DNA from: Candidatus Saganbacteria bacterium
GTDB lineage: Bacteria; Margulisbacteria; WOR-1; XYC2-FULL-46-14; WPAF01
Length of the DNA: 64,000 nucleotides
Reading direction: 5' to 3'
Assembly: GCA_009772965.1 (NCBI GenBank)
Contig: WPAF01000001.1
Location: forward strand, 78,639-142,638
The notes beneath the pieces are model-generated. The model was given only the letters and a program-made list of their open reading frames with translations. It had not been told where the DNA came from and searched no databases. Positions 45,976 through 54,896 of this stretch are shown one piece after another. A program made the translations under genes and the position numbers. Each line of letters begins with the position of its first letter. The first letter of the stretch is position 1.

Positions 45976-47419
45976 TTAACTTTATTGCTTCCTTTGCAAT
46001 TTTTACATCATCAAACTCAACTTTTTTCCCATTAAAATCCTGACGCTTTTCATGCCCCCGGCCAGCCAAAACCACAACATCACCTTTTTGAGCAATGCTA
46101 ATAGCTCTTTTGATGGCTTCTTTTCGATCCACGTAATTCGAAACTCGTAAAGCGTAACGCGGGTCGATTCCAGTTAATATTTCATCGATTATTTGTTGTG
46201 GATTTTCGGAATGCGGATCGTCTGTTGTAACAATCATCTGATCAGCCAAGTCCGCAGCAATCTTTCCCATAATTGGCCTTTTTTCTTTATCCCTATCTCC
46301 GGGACAGCCAAAAACAAGAATTATTTTCCCTTTAATTAAAGGTTTAATTGTTCCAAGAAGCTTTTGCAAACCATCAGGAGTATGGGCAAAATCTATAATA
46401 ACAAAAAGATCCTGCCCGACATCAATCCTTTCAAACCTGCCGGGGATTACTGCTTTTTCGATTCCCGCTTTAATCTTTTTCTTCTCTATATTTAAAACCA
46501 AACCGCATTGAAAAGCGGCAAGAAGATTGTAGATATTATAAATTCCAATATAAGCAGTCCTGATTTCTGTCGTATCAATCCTAACTCTCATCAATTCAAA
46601 CTTAATATCATATTCTTTTAGGCGAACATCAAAGTTGCTCGTCTTTGTGCTCCTTAGCTCATGTTTGATATCTTTCATGCCGTAAAACACCACTTCTCCA
46701 TCAATTGATTCAATAATCTTTTTACTGCTCGGGTCATCGACATTTATCACTGCTGTTCCATTGTGCTTTAACATTTTAAATATTTTTAACTTGGCTGATA
46801 AGTATTCATCCATTGTTTTATGAAAATCAAGATGTTCATGCGTTAAGTTTGTAAAAATTACTTCATCGAATTGAAGCCCATACACCCTATCCTGGGCAAG
46901 CGCATGGGAAGAGACTTCCATAACCACATGGGTTATGCCTTCCTTAACCATTTGGCTCAATATTTCTTGAAGCTCGAGCGATTCCGGAGTGGTAAACGAA
47001 GAAGGCATTGATTTATTATTTATTTTTGTTTCAACTGTGCTGATTAACCCGACTTTATAACCCGCTTCTTTTAAAATTGATTCAATAAAATACGCAATTG
47101 TTGTCTTTCCATTGGTTCCAGTAATTCCAATAATTTTTAACTTGGAGGCAGGATAACCATAATACTTTGCAGAAAGTTCCGCTAGCGCCTGACGGGCATT
47201 AGCAACTTTAATTAATTTAACATTATCCGGGACAGCAGTTTCCGTTTCACATATTATAACCGATGCCCCATTTTCTATCGCTTGCGGAATGAAGCTCGCT
47301 CCGTCAAATTTTAATCCGGGTATAGCAACAAAGACATCGCCTTTTTTTATTTTACGGGAATCGTAAGCAATGCCCTTGATTTCAAAATTGTATAAATTTA
47401 TTGTTTGAGCTTCGGACAT
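45962..47419 (-). CDS. murE: UDP-N-acetylmuramoyl-L-alanyl-D-glutamate--diamino-acid ligase
   Basis: GITGTNGKTT P-loop and Mur-ligase architecture. The substrate-selectivity motif reads DDPH (46211-46222). Confidence 0.9.
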   Translation of the reverse strand: MSEAQTINLYNFEIKGIAYDSRKIKKGDVFVAIPGLKFDGASFIPQAIENGASVIICETETAVPDNVKLIKVANARQALAELSAKYYGYPASKLKIIGITGTNGKTTIAYFIESILKEAGYKVGLISTVETKINNKSMPSSFTTPESLELQEILSQMVKEGITHVVMEVSSHALAQDRVYGLQFDEVIFTNLTHEHLDFHKTMDEYLSAKLKIFKMLKHNGTAVINVDDPSSKKIIESIDGEVVFYGMKDIKHELRSTKTSNFDVRLKEYDIKFELMRVRIDTTEIRTAYIGIYNIYNLLAAFQCGLVLNIEKKKIKAGIEKAVIPGRFERIDVGQDLFVIIDFAHTPDGLQKLLGTIKPLIKGKIILVFGCPGDRDKEKRPIMGKIAADLADQMIVTTDDPHSENPQQIIDEILTGIDPRYALRVSNYVDRKEAIKRAISIAQKGDVVVLAGRGHEKRQDFNGKKVEFDDVKIAKEAIKLNGKS

Positions 47420-47431
47420 TTATTTTTTATC

Positions 47432-48439
47432 TCAACGCTTTAAATACCAAGTGCTGTAGAATTCCTTGAATTCCTTCTGTTTATCTTTAATTTTTTTCCA
47501 CCATTTTGAATTGTTTATATACCATTCAACAGTTTTTTCAAGGGCTTCTTTAAAATCATGTTTTGGCGCCCAGCCGAGCTCTTTTTTTATTTTACTACAG
47601 TCAAGCGAATACCTGCGGTCATGGCCGGGACGATCTTTTACATATTCAAGTACATCTTCAGAAATATCCAATTTTTTTAGGATCAATTTAACTATTTCAA
47701 TATTTTGCTTTTCATTTTCCCCGCCAATATTGTAAACCTCGCCATCCTTGCCCTTTCTCAATACAATATCAATTGCCTCGCAATTATCTTCAACAAATAT
47801 CCAATCCCGGATATTTTTACCATCACCGTAAAGGGGCAGCTTTTCTTTGGATAAGGCATTGGTTATAAAAAGCGGAATAAACTTTTCCGGATATTGGAAC
47901 GAGCCAAAATTGTTTGACGACCGGGTAATAATTACCGGCAAATTATAAGTTTTCCTGTAAGCTTTAACAATCAAATCCCCTCCCGCCTTACTCGCGGCAT
48001 AAGGGCTATTGGGATTTGTCGGGCTTTGCTCTTTAAAGGATCCCGCTTCAATACTGCCGTATATTTCATCGGTTGAAATTTGGATAAATCTTTTAATATT
48101 GTGTGTTTTTACTGCCTCTAAAAGAATATATGTGCCATATACATCTGTGTTGATAAATGATCCGGCTGAAACAATCGAGCGGTCTACATGAGTTTCTGCA
48201 GCAAAGTTAATAATTGCATCCACGCCGCAAACCGCCTTTTCAACCGCTTTCGCATCGCAAATATCTCCCTTGATGAAACTATATCTTTTATCATTTTCAA
48301 CATCTTTAAGATTCTCAGGGTTTCCGGCATAAGTCAACTTATCAAAGTTGACAATTTCGCAGTCATCATATTTAGATAAAATATACTTAATAAAATTACT
48401 GCCAATAAATCCACAGCCGCCGGTAATCAGCAATTTCAT
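47432..48439 (-). CDS. rfbB: dTDP-glucose 4,6-dehydratase
   Basis: [23 protein letters not shown], and SPYAASKAGGD. Confidence 0.9.
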   Translation of the reverse strand: MKLLITGGCGFIGSNFIKYILSKYDDCEIVNFDKLTYAGNPENLKDVENDKRYSFIKGDICDAKAVEKAVCGVDAIINFAAETHVDRSIVSAGSFINTDVYGTYILLEAVKTHNIKRFIQISTDEIYGSIEAGSFKEQSPTNPNSPYAASKAGGDLIVKAYRKTYNLPVIITRSSNNFGSFQYPEKFIPLFITNALSKEKLPLYGDGKNIRDWIFVEDNCEAIDIVLRKGKDGEVYNIGGENEKQNIEIVKLILKKLDISEDVLEYVKDRPGHDRRYSLDCSKIKKELGWAPKHDFKEALEKTVEWYINNSKWWKKIKDKQKEFKEFYSTWYLKR

Positions 48440-49164
48440 AATGTAATTTTTCCTTCTTTAAGCAAAGTCGCCCTTTCAAGCGATTCAAAAGTACCCGCGT
48501 CAGACCACCAGCCGCTTAAATTGTCGTATTCAAGCTCGCCTTTTTTAAGGAAAGCATTATTAACATCGGATATTTCAAGCTCTCCGCGGCTTGATGGCTT
48601 AAGGTTTTTAATGACCTCAAAAACACTATCATCATAAAAATATATCCCGGTTACGGCAAATTTACTTTTTGGTTTTTTAGGTTTTTCCTCAATTTTGGTT
48701 ATTTTTCCGTCAATTATTTCAACAACTCCAAAACGATGGGGATCGGAAACCTCTTTAAGCAATACCATGGCGCCATTCTTTTGGTTTTTAAACTTCTTTA
48801 AAAATGGCGAAAGGTTATCCTCAAAAATATTATCGCCAAGAATCACTATCATATTATCCGTTCCAACAAACTCCTGGGCAAGAAACAAGGCCTGTGCGAT
48901 GCCGCCTGCTTCATCCTGCACCTTATAAGTAAATTTGCAGTTAAAAGATTTTCCCGATCCCAAAAGAGTAACAATATCTCCCATATGCTCAACGCCGGTA
49001 ACAATGAGAATTTCTTCAATGCCAATTTCTATCAGCTTGTTTATTGGATGATAAATCATGGGGAGCCTGCCCACCGGCAGAAGATGCTTGTTTGTCACTT
49101 TTGTTAACGGAAATAAACGCGACCCCGTTCCGCCGGCTAAAATTACCCCTTTCATTTTCTTCAT
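48436..49164 (-). CDS. rfbA: Glucose-1-phosphate thymidylyl/nucleotidyltransferase (short form)
   Basis: [26 protein letters not shown]. 4-nt overlap with rfbB. Confidence 0.8.
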   Translation of the reverse strand: MKKMKGVILAGGTGSRLFPLTKVTNKHLLPVGRLPMIYHPINKLIEIGIEEILIVTGVEHMGDIVTLLGSGKSFNCKFTYKVQDEAGGIAQALFLAQEFVGTDNMIVILGDNIFEDNLSPFLKKFKNQKNGAMVLLKEVSDPHRFGVVEIIDGKITKIEEKPKKPKSKFAVTGIYFYDDSVFEVIKNLKPSSRGELEISDVNNAFLKKGELEYDNLSGWWSDAGTFESLERATLLKEGKITL

Positions 49165-49874
49165 TTTTTTAACACCTTCTTTTGCTCTTTTACGAGTTTA
49201 TCAATCCCTTGCTGGGCATATTCCACCAATTCAATTAAATCGTTTTTTGAAAATGGTGCGCCCTCCGCCGTGCCCTGGATCTCAACCAATTTCCCTGATT
49301 CCGTCATAACCACATTCATATCAACCTCGGCATTTGAATCTTCAATGTAGCACAAATCAACAACTTTACTGTTTTCTATAATGCCTACGGAAACCGCCGC
49401 CAAAAATTCCTTAATCGGGTTGTTTTCAATCTTTTTGGATTTTAACAATCCAAAGACCGCATCCTGCATGGCTAAAAAACAACCAGTGATCGCGGCAGTT
49501 CTTGTCCCTCCGTCAGCTTGAATTACATCAGCATCTAAAATGATGGTTCTTTCGCCCAGGATTTTAAAATCAATTACTGCCCTTAATGACCTTCCAATTA
49601 ATCTTTGTATTTCATGGGTTCGTCCGCGAGTTTTAAATGTTTCGCGGGTGGTTCTTTGATGGGTGGCTCGAGGAAGCATCGCGTATTCGGCAGTAACCCA
49701 GCCTAATCCCGTGTTTTTCCTGTGGTAAGGGACATTTTCTTCAACTGTGGCGGAACAAATAACCTTTGTCTCTCCCAGCTCAATTAAAACAGAACCTTCC
49801 GCGTGTTTTAAATAATTTCTGGTCATCTTAACCGGACGGATTTGGTCGTCCCTGCGGCCGTCAGGCCTCGACAT
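49161..49874 (-). CDS. rph: Ribonuclease PH
   Basis: [40 protein letters not shown] and [14 protein letters not shown]. Confidence 0.9.
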   Translation of the reverse strand: MSRPDGRRDDQIRPVKMTRNYLKHAEGSVLIELGETKVICSATVEENVPYHRKNTGLGWVTAEYAMLPRATHQRTTRETFKTRGRTHEIQRLIGRSLRAVIDFKILGERTIILDADVIQADGGTRTAAITGCFLAMQDAVFGLLKSKKIENNPIKEFLAAVSVGIIENSKVVDLCYIEDSNAEVDMNVVMTESGKLVEIQGTAEGAPFSKNDLIELVEYAQQGIDKLVKEQKKVLKK

Positions 49875-50295
49875 TTTCAGTTTTCCCTTGAACGTTTTTA
49901 TTCAATCTTTCCCGCCCAGCCTTAATCGTTCGAAGTATTCTGGTAGTTGAAAGTTCAATATTAGATAAAACCTCATCGGCATATTTATCCGCGCCCTCTC
50001 TTATTTCTTTTGCCAGCAAATAAGCCTGTTTAACCATGTCCTCAGCTTTAACATCGCCGGATGGATTGGCGTTTGTCACAATTACTGTTTCAGTAATTTG
50101 CATTTCTGCTGTTTTATTTTCCTTATCAATGATTGATTTTTTCGCGAAATTATCGCCGCTTTGCAAAACCAGCCGCATTTTATCAATAATTTTCAATATC
50201 TGTTCTTCGTTTAGTAGCACCTTTTTAGTCAGGGGGATTTTAAAACCTTCAAGTATCATAGACTCGAGCGTATCAAGCAACCCTAGTATCTCCAT
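49861..50295 (-). CDS. Conserved hypothetical coiled-coil protein (family often annotated as ATPase subunit-H-like)
   Basis: N-terminal [36 protein letters not shown] resembles a widespread uncharacterised family. No catalytic motif. Confidence 0.3.
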   Translation of the reverse strand: MEILGLLDTLESMILEGFKIPLTKKVLLNEEQILKIIDKMRLVLQSGDNFAKKSIIDKENKTAEMQITETVIVTNANPSGDVKAEDMVKQAYLLAKEIREGADKYADEVLSNIELSTTRILRTIKAGRERLNKNVQGKTENVEA

Positions 50296-50296
50296 A

Positions 50297-50767
50297 TTAT
50301 CCTCCCTTTAACTCTTTTTCAACATTGTGCGGAACCATTCCAGAAACCGAACCGCCAAGCTTTGAAATTTGCCGAACCATGCTTGAACTCAGATAAGCAT
50401 ACTTATAATCAGTCATGAAGAAAATTGTTTCAATATCGGGACACATTTTCCTATTCGTTAAAGCCATCTGGAATTCATATTCAAAATCAGAAACCGCCCT
50501 CAATCCTCTTATTATAGCAGATGCGTTTTTCTTTTTCGCATAATCAACCAATAAGCCGTCAAAAATCTCAACCACTACATTTTTTAAGTACTTTACGGCG
50601 CCTTTTATCATTTTTTGCCTGGTTTTAAAATCAAAATTTTCTTTTTTATCAGGATTTTTTATAACCGCGACATACACTTTCCCAAAAATACTTGCCGCCC
50701 TCTCAACTATATCCACATGCCCATAAGTTACAGGGTCAAAACTTCCCGGATAGACAGCAATTTTCAT
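50297..50767 (-). CDS. coaD: Phosphopantetheine adenylyltransferase
   Basis: AVYPGSFDPVTYGHVDIVERA. Confidence 0.9.
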   Translation of the reverse strand: MKIAVYPGSFDPVTYGHVDIVERAASIFGKVYVAVIKNPDKKENFDFKTRQKMIKGAVKYLKNVVVEIFDGLLVDYAKKKNASAIIRGLRAVSDFEYEFQMALTNRKMCPDIETIFFMTDYKYAYLSSSMVRQISKLGGSVSGMVPHNVEKELKGG

Positions 50768-51316
50768 TTACTGCTCCTTGTAAAAGCTAAAAACCGTATC
50801 GCCATATCTCTCTGACCTTATTTTTTTCAGTTTGCCAAATTCTTCGGCCAAATCCTGTTTATGCCTGTGTTCAGCGATAATAACGCCCGAATCCTTTAAT
50901 AAAGAATATTCCCCCAGATAAATAAGCGTTTCTTCCAACCCTTTAAAGCCGTAAGGCGCTCCTGCAAATATTATATCAAACTTCACCCCTTTTTTATTAA
51001 ATATTATTAATGCCCTGTTTACCGGAAGGGAATATACTTCCGCGTTATCGGCAAATCCGCATAATTTGAGATTTTCCCAAATAACAGGAATGCTTTTCCT
51101 GTCAATTTCAACAAAAAAAGCAATTCTTGCCCCGCGCGACAGGGCTTCTATTCCAACAGCGCCGCTTCCCGCGAAAAGATCCAAAAAATCACATTCAGGC
51201 GTTTTGGCCGCGAAAATATTAAACAAAGCTTCCTTGGCCTGTGAAGTAAGCGGACGGATATTCCCTTTAGGAACTTTTAATTGCCTTCCTTTGGCTTTCC
51301 CAGAGATCACTCGCAT
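50768..51316 (-). CDS. rsmD: 16S rRNA (guanine966-N2)-methyltransferase
   Basis: [16 protein letters not shown]...RPLTSQAKEALFNI and DLFAGSGAVGIEALSRGA. Start taken at ATG 51316 (track start is 51361). It still overlaps the recG end by 50 nt. Confidence 0.85.
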   Translation of the reverse strand: MRVISGKAKGRQLKVPKGNIRPLTSQAKEALFNIFAAKTPECDFLDLFAGSGAVGIEALSRGARIAFFVEIDRKSIPVIWENLKLCGFADNAEVYSLPVNRALIIFNKKGVKFDIIFAGAPYGFKGLEETLIYLGEYSLLKDSGVIIAEHRHKQDLAEEFGKLKKIRSERYGDTVFSFYKEQ

Positions 51317-53267
51317 TTTTAAAATCCTCCAAAATAAATTGTTCCGCTGCTGAGCGGGCATATCTCAGTATTTTCTCATCTTTTATAATATCTGCTAACT
51401 TAAATTCAGGCAATCCCGATTGCTTAGTGCCAAAAAAATCACCCGGCCCCCTTAATTTTAAATCAATTTCCGCGATTTTAAAACCGTCAATATGATCAAT
51501 CATCGCTTTTATCCTGGCTTTTGCTTCTTTTGTTTTTGGCTCAGACATTAAAAAGCAATATGATTCGCTGTCCCCCCTCCCAACCCTACCCCTTAATTGG
51601 TGCAGCTGTGACAAGCCAAACCTCTCCGCATGTTCAATAACCATAATTGAAGCATTCGGGATATCAATTCCAACTTCTATGACAGTGGTTGATACTAATA
51701 ATTGGATGATATTGTTTTTAAATTCTTCCATAACCTTTTCTTTTTCCTGGGATTTCATTCTCCCGTGGATCAGGCCGACTTTATATTCAGAAAAAATATT
51801 TTGAAGCAGTTTGGCCTCATCAATAGCCGCCTTTAAATCAAGAACCTCTGATTCTTCAACCAACGGGCATACCACAAATATTTGCCTGCCTTCTTTTATT
51901 TTTTTCTTCATAAACTCATAGGAGCTTTTTCTTTTCGCTTCAGAAACAAAGCAGGTTTTAATTGGTATCCTGCCTACAGGCATTTCATCAATTTCTGAAC
52001 GCTCTAAATCTCCGTAAAGTATTAGGGCGAGAGATCTGGGTATTGGAGTCGCAGACATGTATAAAATATTAGGACGATATCCTTTTTCTGAAAGTTTTGC
52101 CCTTTGGTCAACCCCAAACCGGTGCTGTTCATCAATTATTACAAGCCCCAACTTTTTGATTTTGATCTTCTCCTCTATCAGCGCGTGGGTGCCAATTAAT
52201 AAATCAGCGCCAGCGACTGGCAGGCAGGACTGTTTTAATGATGCCGACGTGATCAACCTGATTTTATAGCCAGGCAGTAATTTAGACATTTTTTCAAAAT
52301 GCTGGTTAGCCAGTATTTCTGTTGGAGCCATTACCGCCGCTTGATACCCATTGTTAATTGCAATTAAAGCCGAAAGCACCGCGATAATTGTTTTGCCTGA
52401 ACCAACGTCTCCCTGCAGCAGGCGGTTCATGGAATAATCATTTGCCAAATCAATTTTTATTTCGTCAAAAACCTTTTTTTGAGAAGTTGTTAGGGAAAAT
52501 GGCAGGTTTGCCATAAAACTTGAAACCAATTTTTCAGGTATCTTTAAGGCAATCCCTTTTTCTGCCGCGGTTATTTTTTTGTTTAAATTAAGCCCCATTT
52601 GAAAGATAAAAAATTCCTCAAAGACAATTCGATAGCGGGCTTTTTCAATTTGCGTAAAATTCTCCGGAAAATGAAGGCTTTTCACCGCAGGCGCTTTACT
52701 AATCAAATCATGTTTAGATTTTAAAGAATCGGGAAAATTATCAATTATCAAATCAGAATAATTTTCAAGCGCGAAAAACATTAAATTTCTAATTTTTTTT
52801 GGATAAAGGCCGTCGGTCAGCGAGTAAACCGGAATAATTGAAAGCGTTGTTTCAAAATCCCAATCTTTCGCGATGATTTGCATTCCTCCCTCGTAAAGAT
52901 CAACTTCTGGCCTGCCGGACAGCAGAATCTTCATGCCCGGCCTAAAAACATTCATTAAAAACGGCTGGTTAAAAAATACGGCTTTTATTTGCCCTGAATT
53001 GTCTGACATAATAATTTTAATGATTGACAGCCGATTCCTGGTTTGTTTAAGCTCAATATGATCAATTTGCCCTATAATTAAAACCTTATCAAGCCCGATA
53101 GAAATTTGTCTTATTGGCATTATTTTACTGCGGTCTTCATATTCGCGGGGAAAATAATACAGCAGGTCTTCAACAGTAAAAACATCTATTTTTGCAAATA
53201 TTTTGGCAAGCTTGGGGCCAACTCCTTTTAAGTACTGGATGGGCATTTTCTTTGACATTTTCACCAT
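51267..53267 (-). CDS. recG: ATP-dependent DNA helicase RecG
   Basis: [15 protein letters not shown], and an N-terminal wedge/OB region. Alternative starts at 53258 and 53246. Confidence 0.9.
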   Translation of the reverse strand: MVKMSKKMPIQYLKGVGPKLAKIFAKIDVFTVEDLLYYFPREYEDRSKIMPIRQISIGLDKVLIIGQIDHIELKQTRNRLSIIKIIMSDNSGQIKAVFFNQPFLMNVFRPGMKILLSGRPEVDLYEGGMQIIAKDWDFETTLSIIPVYSLTDGLYPKKIRNLMFFALENYSDLIIDNFPDSLKSKHDLISKAPAVKSLHFPENFTQIEKARYRIVFEEFFIFQMGLNLNKKITAAEKGIALKIPEKLVSSFMANLPFSLTTSQKKVFDEIKIDLANDYSMNRLLQGDVGSGKTIIAVLSALIAINNGYQAAVMAPTEILANQHFEKMSKLLPGYKIRLITSASLKQSCLPVAGADLLIGTHALIEEKIKIKKLGLVIIDEQHRFGVDQRAKLSEKGYRPNILYMSATPIPRSLALILYGDLERSEIDEMPVGRIPIKTCFVSEAKRKSSYEFMKKKIKEGRQIFVVCPLVEESEVLDLKAAIDEAKLLQNIFSEYKVGLIHGRMKSQEKEKVMEEFKNNIIQLLVSTTVIEVGIDIPNASIMVIEHAERFGLSQLHQLRGRVGRGDSESYCFLMSEPKTKEAKARIKAMIDHIDGFKIAEIDLKLRGPGDFFGTKQSGLPEFKLADIIKDEKILRYARSAAEQFILEDFKNASDLWESQRKAIKSS

Positions 53268-53280
53268 TTTATCATATAAT
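53252..53280 (+). promoter_or_regulatory. Perfect-consensus sigma70-type promoter (TTGACA-N17-TATAAT) for rpmB
   Basis: -35 at 53252-53257, a 17-nt spacer, and -10 at 53275-53280. 9 nt separate the -10 from the rpmB ATG at 53290, and no SD is present. The -35 lies inside the annotated 5' end of recG on the other strand. Confidence 0.7.
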
Positions 53281-53289
53281 ATTTACATT

Positions 53290-53481
53290 ATGAGTAGAAA
53301 GTGTTACGTTTGCGGCAAGGTGCCGGTTGTTGGCAATTGCGTAAGCCACAGCAACAAAAAAACAAAAAGGCGCTGGCTTCCAAATCTTCAAAAAATCCAC
53401 ATTTTAGTTGGCGGCAAAAAGCTTCGCGAGTATGTTTGCACAAAGTGCATAAAAGCCGGCAAAATAAAAAAGACTATTTAA
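53290..53481 (+). CDS. rpmB: 50S ribosomal protein L28
   Basis: [35 protein letters not shown].... Internal start (M30) of track ORF 53203-53481. Confidence 0.9.
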   Translation: MSRKCYVCGKVPVVGNCVSHSNKKTKRRWLPNLQKIHILVGGKKLREYVCTKCIKAGKIKKTI

Positions 53482-54481
53482 CCCTTGCTTTCTGGTGTTC
53501 CTTCAAGGTTTTTGAAAATATATGGCTACCATCTTTTTGCGCGGCAAAGTAAAGGAAGCTTGTTTTGGCAGGGAAAATCGCGGCTTTAATTGAGTCTAAC
53601 CCAGGATTGCAAATCGGCCCCGGCGGCAAACCCCTTAAAAGATACGTATTATAGGGGGATTTTACTTTTAACTGGTTAAAATAAACTATTTTGCTTGGTC
53701 TCTCAAGGGCATATTTTACGGTTGAACAGGATTCAAGCGCCATATTTATTGTTAAACGGTTATGAAAAACTGATGAAATCACGGCTCTTTCTTGGCTTGA
53801 CGCCGCTTCTTTCTCAATTACTGATGCCAATGTTATAACTTCATGCAGGCTAAGCTTTGTAAAATTTTTATTGCTTTCCCAGTAAGGAAGCACAACTTCG
53901 GCAAATCTATTTAGCATAAGCCTGGCCAAGGCCTCAGCTGTAATATTTTTATTGATTCTATAGGTATCCGGAAAAAGATATCCTTCAAGAGATCTGGTGG
54001 AAATGGTTTTAAGGAAAATATATTCTGAGCTGTTTCTTCTTTTAAAATCCGAATCGGTTAACTTCCTAAATTCGTAAAATGATGGAATGCCGTTTGCTTC
54101 AAGGATTGTCCCGATTTTATATATTGAAGAGCCCTCTGGGATAATTAATTTGACCGGTTTTTCTTGTGATATTTCGCCCGTTTTCAGCTTTAATACAACT
54201 TGATAAAGCTTGGAATTGGGGTAAAAAAGATATTTGCCGGCTTGAATTTTTTCCGTCAGCCCAAGCGTTTTTGCTACAATCGAAAAATCCCGCTTTCTTC
54301 TTATGACCTTGCTTTCTAAAAGCAGTCCTGCAATTTTATTCGCAGAAAAGCCTTTTTTTATTTCAATCTCTATGGGCTGGCTGTTTTTTCCTGTTTGAAA
54401 AAACATTGAGATGAAAGCAAATGACAACAAAACCGTTAAAACAATAGTAATGATAAAAGCTATTTTAGGTATTATTTTCAT
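53474..54481 (-). CDS. mltG: Endolytic murein transglycosylase MltG (YceG-like)
   Basis: N-terminal TM, then LASVIEKEA and [17 protein letters not shown] motifs. Confidence 0.85.
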   Translation of the reverse strand: MKIIPKIAFIITIVLTVLLSFAFISMFFQTGKNSQPIEIEIKKGFSANKIAGLLLESKVIRRKRDFSIVAKTLGLTEKIQAGKYLFYPNSKLYQVVLKLKTGEISQEKPVKLIIPEGSSIYKIGTILEANGIPSFYEFRKLTDSDFKRRNSSEYIFLKTISTRSLEGYLFPDTYRINKNITAEALARLMLNRFAEVVLPYWESNKNFTKLSLHEVITLASVIEKEAASSQERAVISSVFHNRLTINMALESCSTVKYALERPSKIVYFNQLKVKSPYNTYLLRGLPPGPICNPGLDSIKAAIFPAKTSFLYFAAQKDGSHIFSKTLKEHQKARVK

Positions 54482-54896
54482 GTTTTTTATAATCTAAGTA
54501 ACTTTGTAGAATATTGGCAGCGGCCGATTTATCAACCACTTTCCTGATTTTTCTGCTATTTAGGCCTGCGTCTTTTAGCGCCCTTTCAGCTTCTTTTGTG
54601 GACAATCTTTCATCCCAGGTATATATTGGAACCCGAAGCTTTTCCTTTATATAATCAACAAACCTTAAAACCTTTTCCGCCTGAATCCCAAGTTCTCCCG
54701 ACATTTTTTTAGGCAAGCCCACAACTATCCCATTAACCCCATCGAATTTTTTAATGACCTGGTTTATTTCTGCTAAATCCTTATCAAATGTATTTCCCTT
54801 GCCTACTACCGCCACACCCAAAGCAAATGATCCCAGCGGATCGCTTATCGCTATGCCAATTCTTTTATCTCCATAATCAATCCCCAATAATCTCAT
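54465..54896 (-). CDS. ruvX: Holliday-junction-resolvase-like pre-16S rRNA nuclease RuvX/YqgF
   Basis: MRLLGIDYGDKRIGIAISDP. Confidence 0.85.
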   Translation of the reverse strand: MRLLGIDYGDKRIGIAISDPLGSFALGVAVVGKGNTFDKDLAEINQVIKKFDGVNGIVVGLPKKMSGELGIQAEKVLRFVDYIKEKLRVPIYTWDERLSTKEAERALKDAGLNSRKIRKVVDKSAAANILQSYLDYKKHENNT

